Part shown: positions 1-8,444 of the stretch, one piece after another | Layout of the letters: each line of letters starts with the position of its first letter | How positions within the stretch are numbered: position 1 is the first letter of the stretch | DNA from: an archaeon | GTDB taxonomy: Archaea > Nanobdellota > Nanobdellia > Pacearchaeales > GW2011-AR1 | Direction of reading: 5' to 3' | Length of the DNA stretch: 64,000 nucleotides | Assembly (NCBI GenBank): GCA_043821585.1 | Contig: JBDRCQ010000015.1 | Span: forward strand, 2,909 to 66,908 | Made by a program: the position numbers and the translations under genes | The notes under the pieces: generated by a model | What the model was told of the DNA's origin: nothing | Database searches by the model: none | The model's input: only the letters and a program-made list of their open reading frames with translations

Positions 1-791
1 ATTTCATCGCCTTCTTTTAGTTCGCCGTCATAAATAATTGATTCTATGCAATCCATTGACTTTTCTTTTTTTATTTCTAAAATTACGCCTTTTGCTTCGT
101 TTGATATTTTTAGTCTTTCTTTTAGGAATTTTTGTGATAGTCCGCAGAGAGTTAAGAGAAGTTCTGGTATTCCTTCATGAGTTTTTGCAGAACAGGGGAC
201 GATTGCTATCTTCTTTGTGAAGTCTTTTACTTCATAGTACAGGTCTGAGTCGAAACCGTGTTCGTGTAGTGCGCCTTGGAAAGTTAAGAGGGCCTCTTGG
301 AAATCCTGGCTGGCCTGAATAGCTTGCGATTCTATTGATTCTTTTAAGGGTTTGTCTTTTTGGGTGCTCCAGCCGGAGACTGTGTCAATTTTATTGAATG
401 CAATTAAGAAGGGGGTTTTGTGGGCTTTTAGAATTTGTAGTACTTCTGCGGTTTGTGGTTTGATGCCTTCTTTTGCAGCCACTACCACAATCGCTAGATC
501 TGCCAGCGAGCCTCCACGCTTTCTTAGGTTTGTGAATGCTGCGTGGCCTGGCGTGTCGATAAATAAAAAGCCAGGGATTTCCAGCTTTACGCCATGCTTT
601 TCAATTAGGGGACAAGCGGAATTTATCTGGCTTAAGGGGAATTTTGTGAATGAAATCTTTTGGGTGATGCCTCCTGATTCTCCGCTTTGAACGCAGCTGC
701 CTCTAAAACAATCTAAAATAGAGGTTTTTCCATGATCTACGTGACCGGCAACTGTGACGATAGGTTGACGGATTTTTGTTTCACTGGTCAT
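1..791 (-). CDS. infB: Translation initiation factor aIF5B/IF-2, N-terminal part (runs off the window edge; absent from the ORF track)
   Basis: Minus strand from ATG at 791 reads MTSETKIRQPIVTVAGHVDHGKTS...ESGGITQKI...FIDTPGHAAFTNLRKRGGSLADLAIVVVAAKEGIKPQT...NKID, the IF2 G-domain motifs. Confidence 0.97.
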   Translation of the reverse strand, partial: MTSETKIRQPIVTVAGHVDHGKTSILDCFRGSCVQSGESGGITQKISFTKFPLSQINSACPLIEKHGVKLEIPGFLFIDTPGHAAFTNLRKRGGSLADLAIVVVAAKEGIKPQTAEVLQILKAHKTPFLIAFNKIDTVSGWSTQKDKPLKESIESQAIQASQDFQEALLTFQGALHEHGFDSDLYYEVKDFTKKIAIVPCSAKTHEGIPELLLTLCGLSQKFLKERLKISNEAKGVILEIKKEKSMDCIESIIYDGELKEGDE

Positions 792-839
792 GGGTAAAAT
801 AGTCCGAAGTGGGTTTTAAAGCTTTTCGCTATAACAAAG

Positions 840-864
840 TTTATTAAGGGTTATTTTTAGGGTG
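840..864 (+). promoter_or_regulatory. TATA-box promoter segment, near-identical to 991-1015
   Basis: tttattaagggttatttttagggtg vs tttattaagggttgttttttgggtg (23/25 identical); each starts 29 nt before an ATG. Confidence 0.6.
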
Positions 865-868
865 CAAA

Positions 869-961
869 ATGGAAGAACATCATGAGGAAGAGACGCATGA
901 CGACAATGATATTTTGGAAGCGTTTGATGAAGGGTTTCTAGATGACGAAGAGGAAGAGTAG
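869..961 (+). CDS. Small, very acidic protein (30 aa)
   Basis: MEEHHEEETHDDNDILEAFDEGFLDDEEEE*; TATA (TTTATTAA) at canonical leaderless spacing; below the ORF-track cutoff. Confidence 0.6.
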   Translation: MEEHHEEETHDDNDILEAFDEGFLDDEEEE

Positions 962-1019
962 ATCGGTAGTTGAACTTTCGTACGATAATCTTTATTAAGG
1001 GTTGTTTTTTGGGTGAGGC

Positions 1020-1667
1020 ATGAAGCTCGGATTGGGTGGCTTGAAAAGATTACTTCCCGGTGGGAAAGGAGATAACAAACGTACTTCTAGTAAAAGGCGA
1101 GTTGTTGGTGGAGATGGACCGCCTGTTGCTAGGGAAGGGGCTTATGTTGAGGCTATGGTTTCTGGAAATTATGAGGGTGGGCTGGTAAAGGTTAGATTTC
1201 TTGAAAGATATCGCGTGGTTATTGATACTGAAAGAGGGTATGTGCCTAAAAATATCCGAAGCCAGTTAGGCGTTCAGGGGAATCCATCTAGGATTGGAAT
1301 GGGGATAACTGGGCTCGATAGGGTGAGTGAGGCTTGGGCTGATCGGTATAAGGTGGGTAATGGTGGTATGCTTAAGATTCCTGTAAATGTTGTTCAAAGA
1401 TACATTGCCAATAAGATTGGTTTGAGTAGTCAGATTGTTACTTTGGGGGCTGGGCAGAGTGATGCCATCCTTGATGTTGGGGGTGGAAGTGATCAACGGG
1501 TGGAGGGGATAGATGCTATCGCTGCAGAGGTTTTGAGTAATGGGGGGGATGACAATGAGGGGACAACAGTTAGAAGTATTGGAGAAGGGATCTTTGATGA
1601 TTTAGATGTTGGTTCTGCAATGAAGGGCGATGCTGTAGATCCGAAGACTCTTAAGGCAGATGCTTAG
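1020..1667 (+). CDS. Hypothetical protein
   Basis: 215-aa ORF with upstream TATA and host-like G/T-rich codon usage; no motif recognised. Confidence 0.7.
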   Translation: MKLGLGGLKRLLPGGKGDNKRTSSKRRVVGGDGPPVAREGAYVEAMVSGNYEGGLVKVRFLERYRVVIDTERGYVPKNIRSQLGVQGNPSRIGMGITGLDRVSEAWADRYKVGNGGMLKIPVNVVQRYIANKIGLSSQIVTLGAGQSDAILDVGGGSDQRVEGIDAIAAEVLSNGGDDNEGTTVRSIGEGIFDDLDVGSAMKGDAVDPKTLKADA

Positions 1668-1696
1668 AATAATTAGTTTTTTAGAACAAAGTTAAA

Positions 1697-2017
1697 TTAC
1701 ATTGCTTCTTCTTCGATTGATTCTTTAGAAGTTGAGGGGGAGGATTCCTCTTTTCGCTCGGAAGGCGTCTTATCCCCTGTCAGTTTTGCTTGTGCTTGAG
1801 CGGACTCAAGATCTTTTTCATCAATTGAATTGATTGCGGCCTTGAAGGCATTGAAGTGCTCTGCAGGAATTCGTGTGCCTGCTTTTGTAAAACCAGTGTA
1901 CCTTTCGGATTTGACAAACTCGCGGATTGTCAGGCCGACTTTACCCCCAAAGTCATCGATTCTGATTACGATATCAGTGTCCGGATTTTTTGTAATCCGG
2001 TCTATGTCCTTTTCCAT
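1697..2017 (-). CDS. PC4/Sub1-like ssDNA-binding protein with acidic tail
   Basis: IVIRIDDFGGKVGLTIREFVKSERYTGFTKAGTRI matches the PC4 pattern; start moved to MEKD at 2017 (TATA at about 2040). Confidence 0.75.
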   Translation of the reverse strand: MEKDIDRITKNPDTDIVIRIDDFGGKVGLTIREFVKSERYTGFTKAGTRIPAEHFNAFKAAINSIDEKDLESAQAQAKLTGDKTPSERKEESSPSTSKESIEEEAM

Positions 2018-2098
2018 TTTTGGTGATAAGGAGAATTCTATATAAATGTTAGTGTTCATTGATGAGTTATATCTTAAAACATGTTTTGGGTTAGGTTT

Positions 2099-2512
2099 TT
2101 ATTCTAGGTACTTCTCGAAACAGTATCTGCTTACTTGAGTGAATCCTCTATCCTTCCAGAATTTATGCGGATCTATTCTAGCTTGAGGATTTTCTCGTGC
2201 GTAAAGTGCTAAAGCTATAACGTTGCTTTCTCTAAAGGCATCCTCAACGGCCGTATAAACGGCGGTGCCTAGGCCATTATTGCGCGAATTTGGGTTTATC
2301 GAAAGATCGTCAATAAAACCCACTGGGCCCCTTAGGGAAAAAGTAGCTTGTGTTCTAAGTGCCATCGGGATAGGTTCGTCTCTCCTGAAAAGAACGGCGG
2401 GGAAATATTCTGACGTGCTCGTTATAACTAGATCTGCTGGGCCGTATACTTCTGATCGAACTATTTTCTCTAAGAATGCTAGCCGGATTCTTTCAATTTG
2501 GTGGAGGCTCAT
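2099..2512 (-). CDS. GNAT-family acetyltransferase
   Basis: IDDLSINPNSRNNGLGTAVY (motif A) and FWKDRGF. Confidence 0.75.
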   Translation of the reverse strand: MSLHQIERIRLAFLEKIVRSEVYGPADLVITSTSEYFPAVLFRRDEPIPMALRTQATFSLRGPVGFIDDLSINPNSRNNGLGTAVYTAVEDAFRESNVIALALYARENPQARIDPHKFWKDRGFTQVSRYCFEKYLE

Positions 2513-2562
2513 GGAGTCTTACTTGCCAGTGTATTTAAAAAACTGACGTTTCTTGTTTGCTC

Positions 2563-3519
2563 ATGGTTTTGAAAATTGGTAGCTTGAAACTGAAGAATCA
2601 ATTAGTTTTGGCGCCGATGGTGGATGTGACTGATTTGCCTTATCGGCTTTTGTGTCGAAAGTGTGGTGCAGGGTTGGCTTATACTGAGATGGTTTATATT
2701 GATGCGGCGTTGCATGAGAATGCTAAGACTTTGAAGATGATGAAAACTTGTGAGGAAGACTCGCCTTTGGGTCTGCAGATTACAGGTGATCGGTTGGAGG
2801 AATTTGAGGAGTTTGTTTCTCGTGAAGATCTCTGGAAGGATTATGATCTGATTGATTTGAATTGTGGTTGTCCTTCTTTGCGTGTTGCTAGAAAGAGCGG
2901 AGCTGGTTCGTTTTTAATGAATGACTCTGAGAAGATCGCCTCTTTTGTGAGGGTTTTGAAGAAGACGGGGAAACCTGTTACAGTTAAGGTTCGATTGGGT
3001 TTTGGCAAGATTAATGTTTTGGAAGTTGCTAGAGCTATTGAAGATGTTGGAGCTGATGCAATTACTGTTCATGCGAGGTTGGCGACTGAGGGAGGACGGG
3101 ATCGCGCCCAATGGGAATGGATCTCTAAGGTTAAGGAGACTGTGAAAATCCCTGTGATTGGTAATGGGGACATTGTTGATGGGGCCTCTGCGAATGAAGT
3201 TTTGGAGAGGTGTGATGGAGCTATGATCGCTAGGGCTGCAATTGGGGACCCTTTGATTTTTAGTCGCGTGCAGAACTATTTAGATGGAAAAGTTGAAGGG
3301 GAGATTGATTTGACCAAGAATTTGGAACTGTTTAAGGAGTATTTGAAACTGCAGAGGGAGCATTATGGGGATGGAGTTGATTTTGGGAAGATCAAGTATG
3401 TGGGTGGGCGGTTTTTGAAGAAAATGAAGGGGGCTGCTCGTTTACGTGAGGAGTTTCATGCCTTGAAGAGGTTGAAGGATATTGAGGTGTTTGTTGAGAG
3501 ACTAAATAATTTTATATAA
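2563..3519 (+). CDS. dus: tRNA-dihydrouridine synthase
   Basis: LAPMVDVTD, TEMV, DLNCGCP, GAGSFL, VTVKVRLG, VHAR, IGNGDI, MIARAAIGDP. Confidence 0.95.
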   Translation: MVLKIGSLKLKNQLVLAPMVDVTDLPYRLLCRKCGAGLAYTEMVYIDAALHENAKTLKMMKTCEEDSPLGLQITGDRLEEFEEFVSREDLWKDYDLIDLNCGCPSLRVARKSGAGSFLMNDSEKIASFVRVLKKTGKPVTVKVRLGFGKINVLEVARAIEDVGADAITVHARLATEGGRDRAQWEWISKVKETVKIPVIGNGDIVDGASANEVLERCDGAMIARAAIGDPLIFSRVQNYLDGKVEGEIDLTKNLELFKEYLKLQREHYGDGVDFGKIKYVGGRFLKKMKGAARLREEFHALKRLKDIEVFVERLNNFI

Positions 3520-3539
3520 CCTGGAATTTTTGAAATGTA

Positions 3540-4931
3540 ATGGAATTGAAACTGTTTAACACTCTGACGCGGAAGAAAGATGTTTTCAAGCCGATAAAGA
3601 AGGGCGAGGTTGGAATGTATTCTTGTGGACCGACTGTTTATTGGTATCAGCACATAGGTAACTTGAGAGCTTATTTGTTTGCGGATACTTTGAAGAGGGT
3701 TTTGGAATATAATGGGCTGAAAGTTAAACATGTCGTGAATGTTACGGATGTTGGGCACCTGACCTCTGATGCGGACGAGGGTGATGATAAAATGGAGGCG
3801 GCGGCCAGGAAGGAGGGTAAGAAGGCGGAGGAGATTGCGGAGTTTTATTTTAAGGTTTTTAGGGAAGACATGAAAAAGTTGAACATTAAAGAGCCGAGTG
3901 TTTGGTGTAAGGCGACTGACCACATAAAAGAGCAAATTGGATTAGTTGAGAAGCTGGAAGAGAGGGGATTTACATATGAGACGTCTGACGGGATTTATTT
4001 TGATTCTTCAAAGTTCAAAGATTATGGGAAGTTGGCTAAACTTAGGATTGAAGGGTTGGAAGAAGGAAAGAGGATTTCCGCTGGGGAGAAAAGGAATAAG
4101 ACCGACTTCGCTTTGTGGAAATTTTCTGAGAAGCCTGGTTTGAGGCAACAAGAGTGGGAGTCGCCTTGGGGTGTTGGTTTTCCAGGGTGGCACATTGAAT
4201 GTTCTGCTATGAGCATGAAATACCTTGGAGAGAGTTTTGATATCCATACAGGAGGGGAAGATCATGTGCCGATTCATCATACTAATGAAATTGCGCAGAG
4301 CGAGTGTGCTACCGGAAAGAAGTTTGTGAATTATTGGATGCATAATGCGTTTTTGGTGAACCGGGCTGGAGAGAAGGTTTCGAAGTCTAAGGGGGGGTTG
4401 TTCACTGTTTCGGAGCTTGAGGAGAAAGGGTACGATCCGCTTGATTTTAGGTATTTATTTCTGTTGACACATTATCGGAAGCCTCTGAAGTTTTCTTTAG
4501 AAGGTCTTGATGCGGCGAAGACAGGTCATGGCAGATTGAAGAAGAAAGTCCTTGAATTGAAGGTGGAAAAGCATAAAGGGCAGGATAACTCTGGAGAGTA
4601 TGAGGATAGGTTTGTGGGTGCAGTGAATGATGATTTGAATACGCCTGCTGCCTTAGGAATTGTTTGGGAAATGTTGGATGATTTCAATTTTGATGCTAAA
4701 AAGAAACTGAATCTTTTGGAAAAGTTTGATTCTGTTCTTGGGTTGAATGTTGGGGGCATGAAGGAAGAGAAAATTGATGTTCCGAAAGAGGTTCAAGATT
4801 TAGTCGATGAGCGGGAAAAGTTGAGGAAAGCGAAGATGTGGGCAGAGTCTGACTTGTTTAGGGAAAGGATTTTGGAAAAGGGCTTTAGGGTGGCGGATGG
4901 TCCGGATGGGCCTAAATTAGAGAAGGCTTAG
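3540..4931 (+). CDS. cysS: Cysteine--tRNA ligase
   Basis: [45 protein letters not shown]. Confidence 0.98.
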   Translation: MELKLFNTLTRKKDVFKPIKKGEVGMYSCGPTVYWYQHIGNLRAYLFADTLKRVLEYNGLKVKHVVNVTDVGHLTSDADEGDDKMEAAARKEGKKAEEIAEFYFKVFREDMKKLNIKEPSVWCKATDHIKEQIGLVEKLEERGFTYETSDGIYFDSSKFKDYGKLAKLRIEGLEEGKRISAGEKRNKTDFALWKFSEKPGLRQQEWESPWGVGFPGWHIECSAMSMKYLGESFDIHTGGEDHVPIHHTNEIAQSECATGKKFVNYWMHNAFLVNRAGEKVSKSKGGLFTVSELEEKGYDPLDFRYLFLLTHYRKPLKFSLEGLDAAKTGHGRLKKKVLELKVEKHKGQDNSGEYEDRFVGAVNDDLNTPAALGIVWEMLDDFNFDAKKKLNLLEKFDSVLGLNVGGMKEEKIDVPKEVQDLVDEREKLRKAKMWAESDLFRERILEKGFRVADGPDGPKLEKA

Positions 4932-4965
4932 AAACTTTTAATAATGGTCTTTTTGTGGGGTTTTT

Positions 4966-5274
4966 ATGTTATTTTTTAACATTGAAGACAGAAAGAAGTA
5001 TTTGTACTTTAAGAGAAAGAAGTTCACTTTGAGTCTGTCTTTTGTGCCTTTAGCGGTTTATTTTTTTCTTCTTCCTATTGCTACATTGTTCATAAAAACA
5101 GATATTTTTGTGTTGGCAGGGATTTTGTTGATGTTTCTTGTTTATGTATTTGGGATGTGGATGGCTATTGAAGGGATTATAATGAATCGCAAGATTGGTT
5201 ATTATCGAAGGAAAGGTAAAAAAATTGAGTTTGAGTTTGGAAAAGGAATATCTGGAGTTAAGGTTTACAAATAA
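4966..5274 (+). CDS. Small membrane protein (2 TM)
   Basis: Two hydrophobic segments with a basic tail; TATA upstream. Confidence 0.65.
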   Translation: MLFFNIEDRKKYLYFKRKKFTLSLSFVPLAVYFFLLPIATLFIKTDIFVLAGILLMFLVYVFGMWMAIEGIIMNRKIGYYRRKGKKIEFEFGKGISGVKVYK

Positions 5275-6153
5275 TTAATCAAATCTTCTTTTATACTTGC
5301 TATCTCTCTCTTCTTTGTGTGATTCTATTTTTTCTCCGCGTTTAATTCTTTCTAGCATCTTCTTTTTTTCTTCAAGTCTTTTTTCTGCGTCAGAGAGTCT
5401 GTTTCTTTTCTTGTACATGTCTATTTGTCTTTCAACATTTTCTATTTCGCTTTCTATTGAATCAAGGTCTTTGTCTCCGGAGTGGTCTTGCCTGTGGCGT
5501 TTATCTAAATTCACTGGTTCCATGCCATATCTTGGAGTGCTCTCATGATGACGAACTTTCATCATGACGAATATAACTATTGCACCTATTATTCCTACTA
5601 CGAAGATAGAACCTAAGACGTAGTAAATTATTTTCATTGTTTCTGGTTCTAAGCCAATGCCTTCGTCCGAAATAGCGTTTCCAGTAATATTGGTTTGGTT
5701 GTCCTCAGTTTCGTTGTCTATTGGGTCATCTGCTGGGGGATTATCTGTTTCGTCATCCGTAGGGTTGTCTGCTGGGGGATCGTTCGTTGGATCATCCTCC
5801 ATGTCAAGCGGGTTTACATAGCCATCGGGTATTAGGGCGGGTAGTTCGACTGTGCCTCCTGCGTTGTATGGACCAAGTTCTTCTCTATACTCCTGTATTC
5901 CTGTTAAAGCGTTTTTTACTATAACTAAAACCTCGAAAGGAGAGGTTGTTTTTTCGTATGAATATTCTACATGGCCGTAAACATCTGAAAGGAAGTGTTC
6001 GGGTGGAGAAATTTGGTATCCTAAATTTTCGGACCATGCGGATATGAAAACGTCGCGTCCGGGAAGGGTCGTTAGTTTGACGGTTGTTGCAGCGGCAGTT
6101 AATGGAATTAATAAGAGAAGGGCCACTACCGCGAATATTAATTTCGACCTCAT
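5275..6153 (-). CDS. Membrane-anchored surface protein (signal peptide, Pro/Asp repeats, TM, cytoplasmic coiled coil)
   Basis: Start reassigned to MRSKLIFAVVALLLL at 6153; DNPPADDP repeats; ITGNAI followed by a TM helix. Confidence 0.8.
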   Translation of the reverse strand: MRSKLIFAVVALLLLIPLTAAATTVKLTTLPGRDVFISAWSENLGYQISPPEHFLSDVYGHVEYSYEKTTSPFEVLVIVKNALTGIQEYREELGPYNAGGTVELPALIPDGYVNPLDMEDDPTNDPPADNPTDDETDNPPADDPIDNETEDNQTNITGNAISDEGIGLEPETMKIIYYVLGSIFVVGIIGAIVIFVMMKVRHHESTPRYGMEPVNLDKRHRQDHSGDKDLDSIESEIENVERQIDMYKKRNRLSDAEKRLEEKKKMLERIKRGEKIESHKEERDSKYKRRFD

Positions 6154-6227
6154 TCGTTTTTTTAGTATCTTGTGTTTATAAATATTTTGAGGGCAGAGTT
6201 TTTTTCTAGTTTTTGGAGAGTCCTTTG

Positions 6228-6378
6228 TTATTCTTCTAGAAGTACTGCTGCTGCAACCACTGTTGTCTTCTGCAGATTGGGTTGTGTCTGTTGTTTTCAA
6301 AATTTGTCCGCTTGCTTTGTAAACTTGTTCTCTTTCATCCCATGCTTTGTCGGGGGTCAAATTCTATGTCTAATTGAG
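6228..6378 (-). pseudogene. pdaD: 3' remnant of pyruvoyl-dependent arginine decarboxylase
   Basis: Reads LDIEFDP/DKAWDEREQVYKASGQILKTTDTTQSAE, then after a frameshift TTVVAAAVLLEE*; matches the PvlArgDC C-terminus; N-terminal two-thirds missing. Confidence 0.75.
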
Positions 6379-6414
6379 GAAAACCTATTTAAACATTGTA
6401 ATCGGAAGCTATGA

Positions 6415-7281
6415 GTGTTATCTTTTAATGAAATATTTAATTTAGCAACCAAGGAATTGTCCTGGTTGAAGATACTTGTAGTGGTAGTTATCTTGATAAC
6501 TGTTTTTAACGTATTCTTGAGTTACTTAAAAAAATATCTATTGAGAAAAACAAGGTCTAAAAAACAAGTATCTAACGTGAAAATCTTCACAAGGATCCTT
6601 AGCGCCACCTTTGCAGTTTTGATAATAGTCTTGGCTTTTTTTAGTTACACAGGTTCATGGACAAGCCTTAGCCTTGTAGTTGGGCTTTTAACAGCAGCGC
6701 TGGGTTTTGCTCTGCAAAAACCGATTACGGGGATAGCTGCTTGGGTGATGGTTATCATAAAGAGACCATTTAATATCGGGGACAGGATAGTGATAGGAGA
6801 TGTAAGGGGAGAGGTGTATGATATTACTCTTACACATGTCTATATAGATGAAGTTGGAGGGCTGATAGAAAGCGACCTCCCGTCGGGTAGGAATATCATG
6901 GTCCCGAATCACCTTTTGTTTGAGCACAATATAATTAATTACACTCTTACAAATGATTATGTCCTGGGAGAAGTTGTGGTAGAAGTAACTTATGAAAGCA
7001 ATTTGGACAAAGCGATGCAGATAGTCAGCGAATGTACGCTTAACTATGTAAATGAATATGTTTCTGCTATGAAGAGAGAACCTAAAATAAGAATCAAAGC
7101 AGGAGCAAGCGGTGTTGTGATCAGGTCGCTTTTTTACGCTCCGATCAATGTCATAAATCAAGTAACTAGCAATATAACCAAGGAGATCCATGAAAGATTC
7201 TTCAAAGAAAAAGATGTTGAGTTTGCATATCCCCATACGGAGATAATCTTTAAGGACAAAAAGCTTTTTAAGAAATCTTAG
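6415..7281 (+). CDS. mscS: Small-conductance mechanosensitive channel
   Basis: 3 TM helices, LGFALQKPITGIAA, RPFNIGDRI, IMVPNH, FAYPHTEI; A-rich codon usage unlike its neighbours. Confidence 0.93.
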   Translation: MLSFNEIFNLATKELSWLKILVVVVILITVFNVFLSYLKKYLLRKTRSKKQVSNVKIFTRILSATFAVLIIVLAFFSYTGSWTSLSLVVGLLTAALGFALQKPITGIAAWVMVIIKRPFNIGDRIVIGDVRGEVYDITLTHVYIDEVGGLIESDLPSGRNIMVPNHLLFEHNIINYTLTNDYVLGEVVVEVTYESNLDKAMQIVSECTLNYVNEYVSAMKREPKIRIKAGASGVVIRSLFYAPINVINQVTSNITKEIHERFFKEKDVEFAYPHTEIIFKDKKLFKKS

Positions 7282-7364
7282 GGAAACAGTTTGTCTCGTT
7301 GTTTGATTATCTTCTTATTCCAGCCCACAAACCTTTAAAATCTATTATTTCTCTCTATCTTTAG

Positions 7365-7378
7365 GCCGATGTTGGGCA
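7365..7378 (+). repeat. Duplicated 5' 14 nt of tRNA-Ser
   Basis: GCCGATGTTGGGCA is identical to 7464-7477 and lies about 25 nt after TTTAAAA. Confidence 0.85.
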
Positions 7379-7463
7379 AAGTGAATTGCCATGCAATTCT
7401 CATTCGAACACGAGCAAGTCCGCATTCGAGTGGCGTCCACTGCCGGTTGATAAAAACGTACAT

Positions 7464-7545
7464 GCCGATGTTGGGCAGTGGTAGCCCGCTTGCTTGGAGA
7501 GCAAGTTTCTTCACCGATATGCAGGTTCGATTCCTGCCATCGGCG
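7464..7545 (+). tRNA. tRNA-Ser(GGA)
   Basis: Acceptor GCCGATG/CATCGGC, anticodon stem CTTGC-TTGGAGA-GCAAG, long variable region, T-arm GCAGG-TTCGATT-CCTGC; no encoded CCA. Confidence 0.93.
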
Positions 7546-7563
7546 TTTAGAATCTCACCTGGA

Positions 7564-7648
7564 ATACTCACTTCGTTCGCATACGACTCGCTTGTGGCTG
7601 TCGGATACTCACTTCGTTCGCATACAGGTTCGATTCCTGCTATCGGCG
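7564..7648 (+). repeat. Two 21-nt direct repeats plus a duplicated tRNA-Ser 3' end
   Basis: ATACTCACTTCGTTCGCATAC at 7564-7584 and 7605-7625, followed by CAGGTTCGATTCCTGCTATCGGCG (1 mismatch to the tRNA 3' end). Confidence 0.85.
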
Positions 7649-7652
7649 TTTT

Positions 7653-8328
7653 TTATTCGGGCCGGGTTCTTAGCATTTTGTATGTTTGTTCATGCTGTGC
7701 TATTTTGGTTTCAAGATCCGCGATAATCTGCTGATGAATTGTCTCTGCGTCTTGTGTGCCATCGACAACCATTATTCTACTAGGTTCTTTTGCTGCTATT
7801 TCTAAGAATCCTTGTCTTACTGCTTGGTGGAATTCATAGTTTTTTCTTTCCATTCTGTCTGGCTCTCTTCCCACCCTCCCCATACCTATTTCTACCGGAA
7901 CATCCATAAAATAAGATCTGTTTGGGACAAGCTCTTCTGTCGCGAGACGCCCGCATTGTTCAACATATTCTGAAGAGACTCTTCCTGCTACCCCTTTAAG
8001 CTCTTGTCGCATCAACAAATCTATCTAGAAAGACGAGTCTGCCTTTAGCTAAGGCTGGTTTGATTACTTCATGTACTAACTGGGCCCTTGAACTCATGAA
8101 TAAGAAAACCTCAGTTAGGGGGGCCATTTCTTCTGCATCAAAGTGCAATAAAAGGTGCCTTATATGGTCTCCAATTTTTGTCCCACCTGGATCTCTTGCT
8201 CTTATCACTTCATAGCCTTTTTCTCTAAAATGCCTCTCTGCTAGATTTAGTTGAGTGCCTTTGCCGCTGCCATCAGGGCCGTCAAAATGCGCAAAAAACC
8301 CCTTATATTCACCTCTATCTTTAGCCAT
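7653..8328 (-). pseudogene. tmk: Thymidylate kinase split by a frameshift (ORFs 7996-8328 and 7653-8018)
   Basis: P-loop DGPDGSGKGTQ, RDPGGT, LF..SRAQ, LDRFVDATRA; the sequence GCT TA AA GGG GTA lacks 2 nt of the expected AYQG; the second frame continues with DRME...RQGF...VVDG. Confidence 0.88.
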
Positions 8329-8444
8329 TAATTTGATTTAACTGATGAAGTTATAAAGAATTGCTGTTGTGGGAAATATGGTTTTGTTGAATATATGCTT
8401 TTTTTCATATACATCCTTATATAGAAAATATTTTTCATTTAGGT

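Noticed and set aside
38..690. Plus-strand ORFs 38-220 and 352-690, and similar antisense ORFs throughout
   Set aside because: Shadows of well-supported genes on the opposite strand (here infB)
5700..5800. Repeated ctgctggggga units
   Set aside because: They encode the DNPPADDP linker of a surface protein
6154..6360. N-terminal extension of ORF 5275-6360
   Set aside because: It is a pdaD remnant plus promoter; the signal peptide starts at 6153
7564..7625. 21-nt direct repeats as a mini CRISPR array
   Set aside because: Only two units, a 20-nt spacer, no cas genes, and embedded in a tRNA-end duplication
7335..7734. ORFs overlapping tRNA-Ser
   Set aside because: Spurious frames across the tRNA and its repeats
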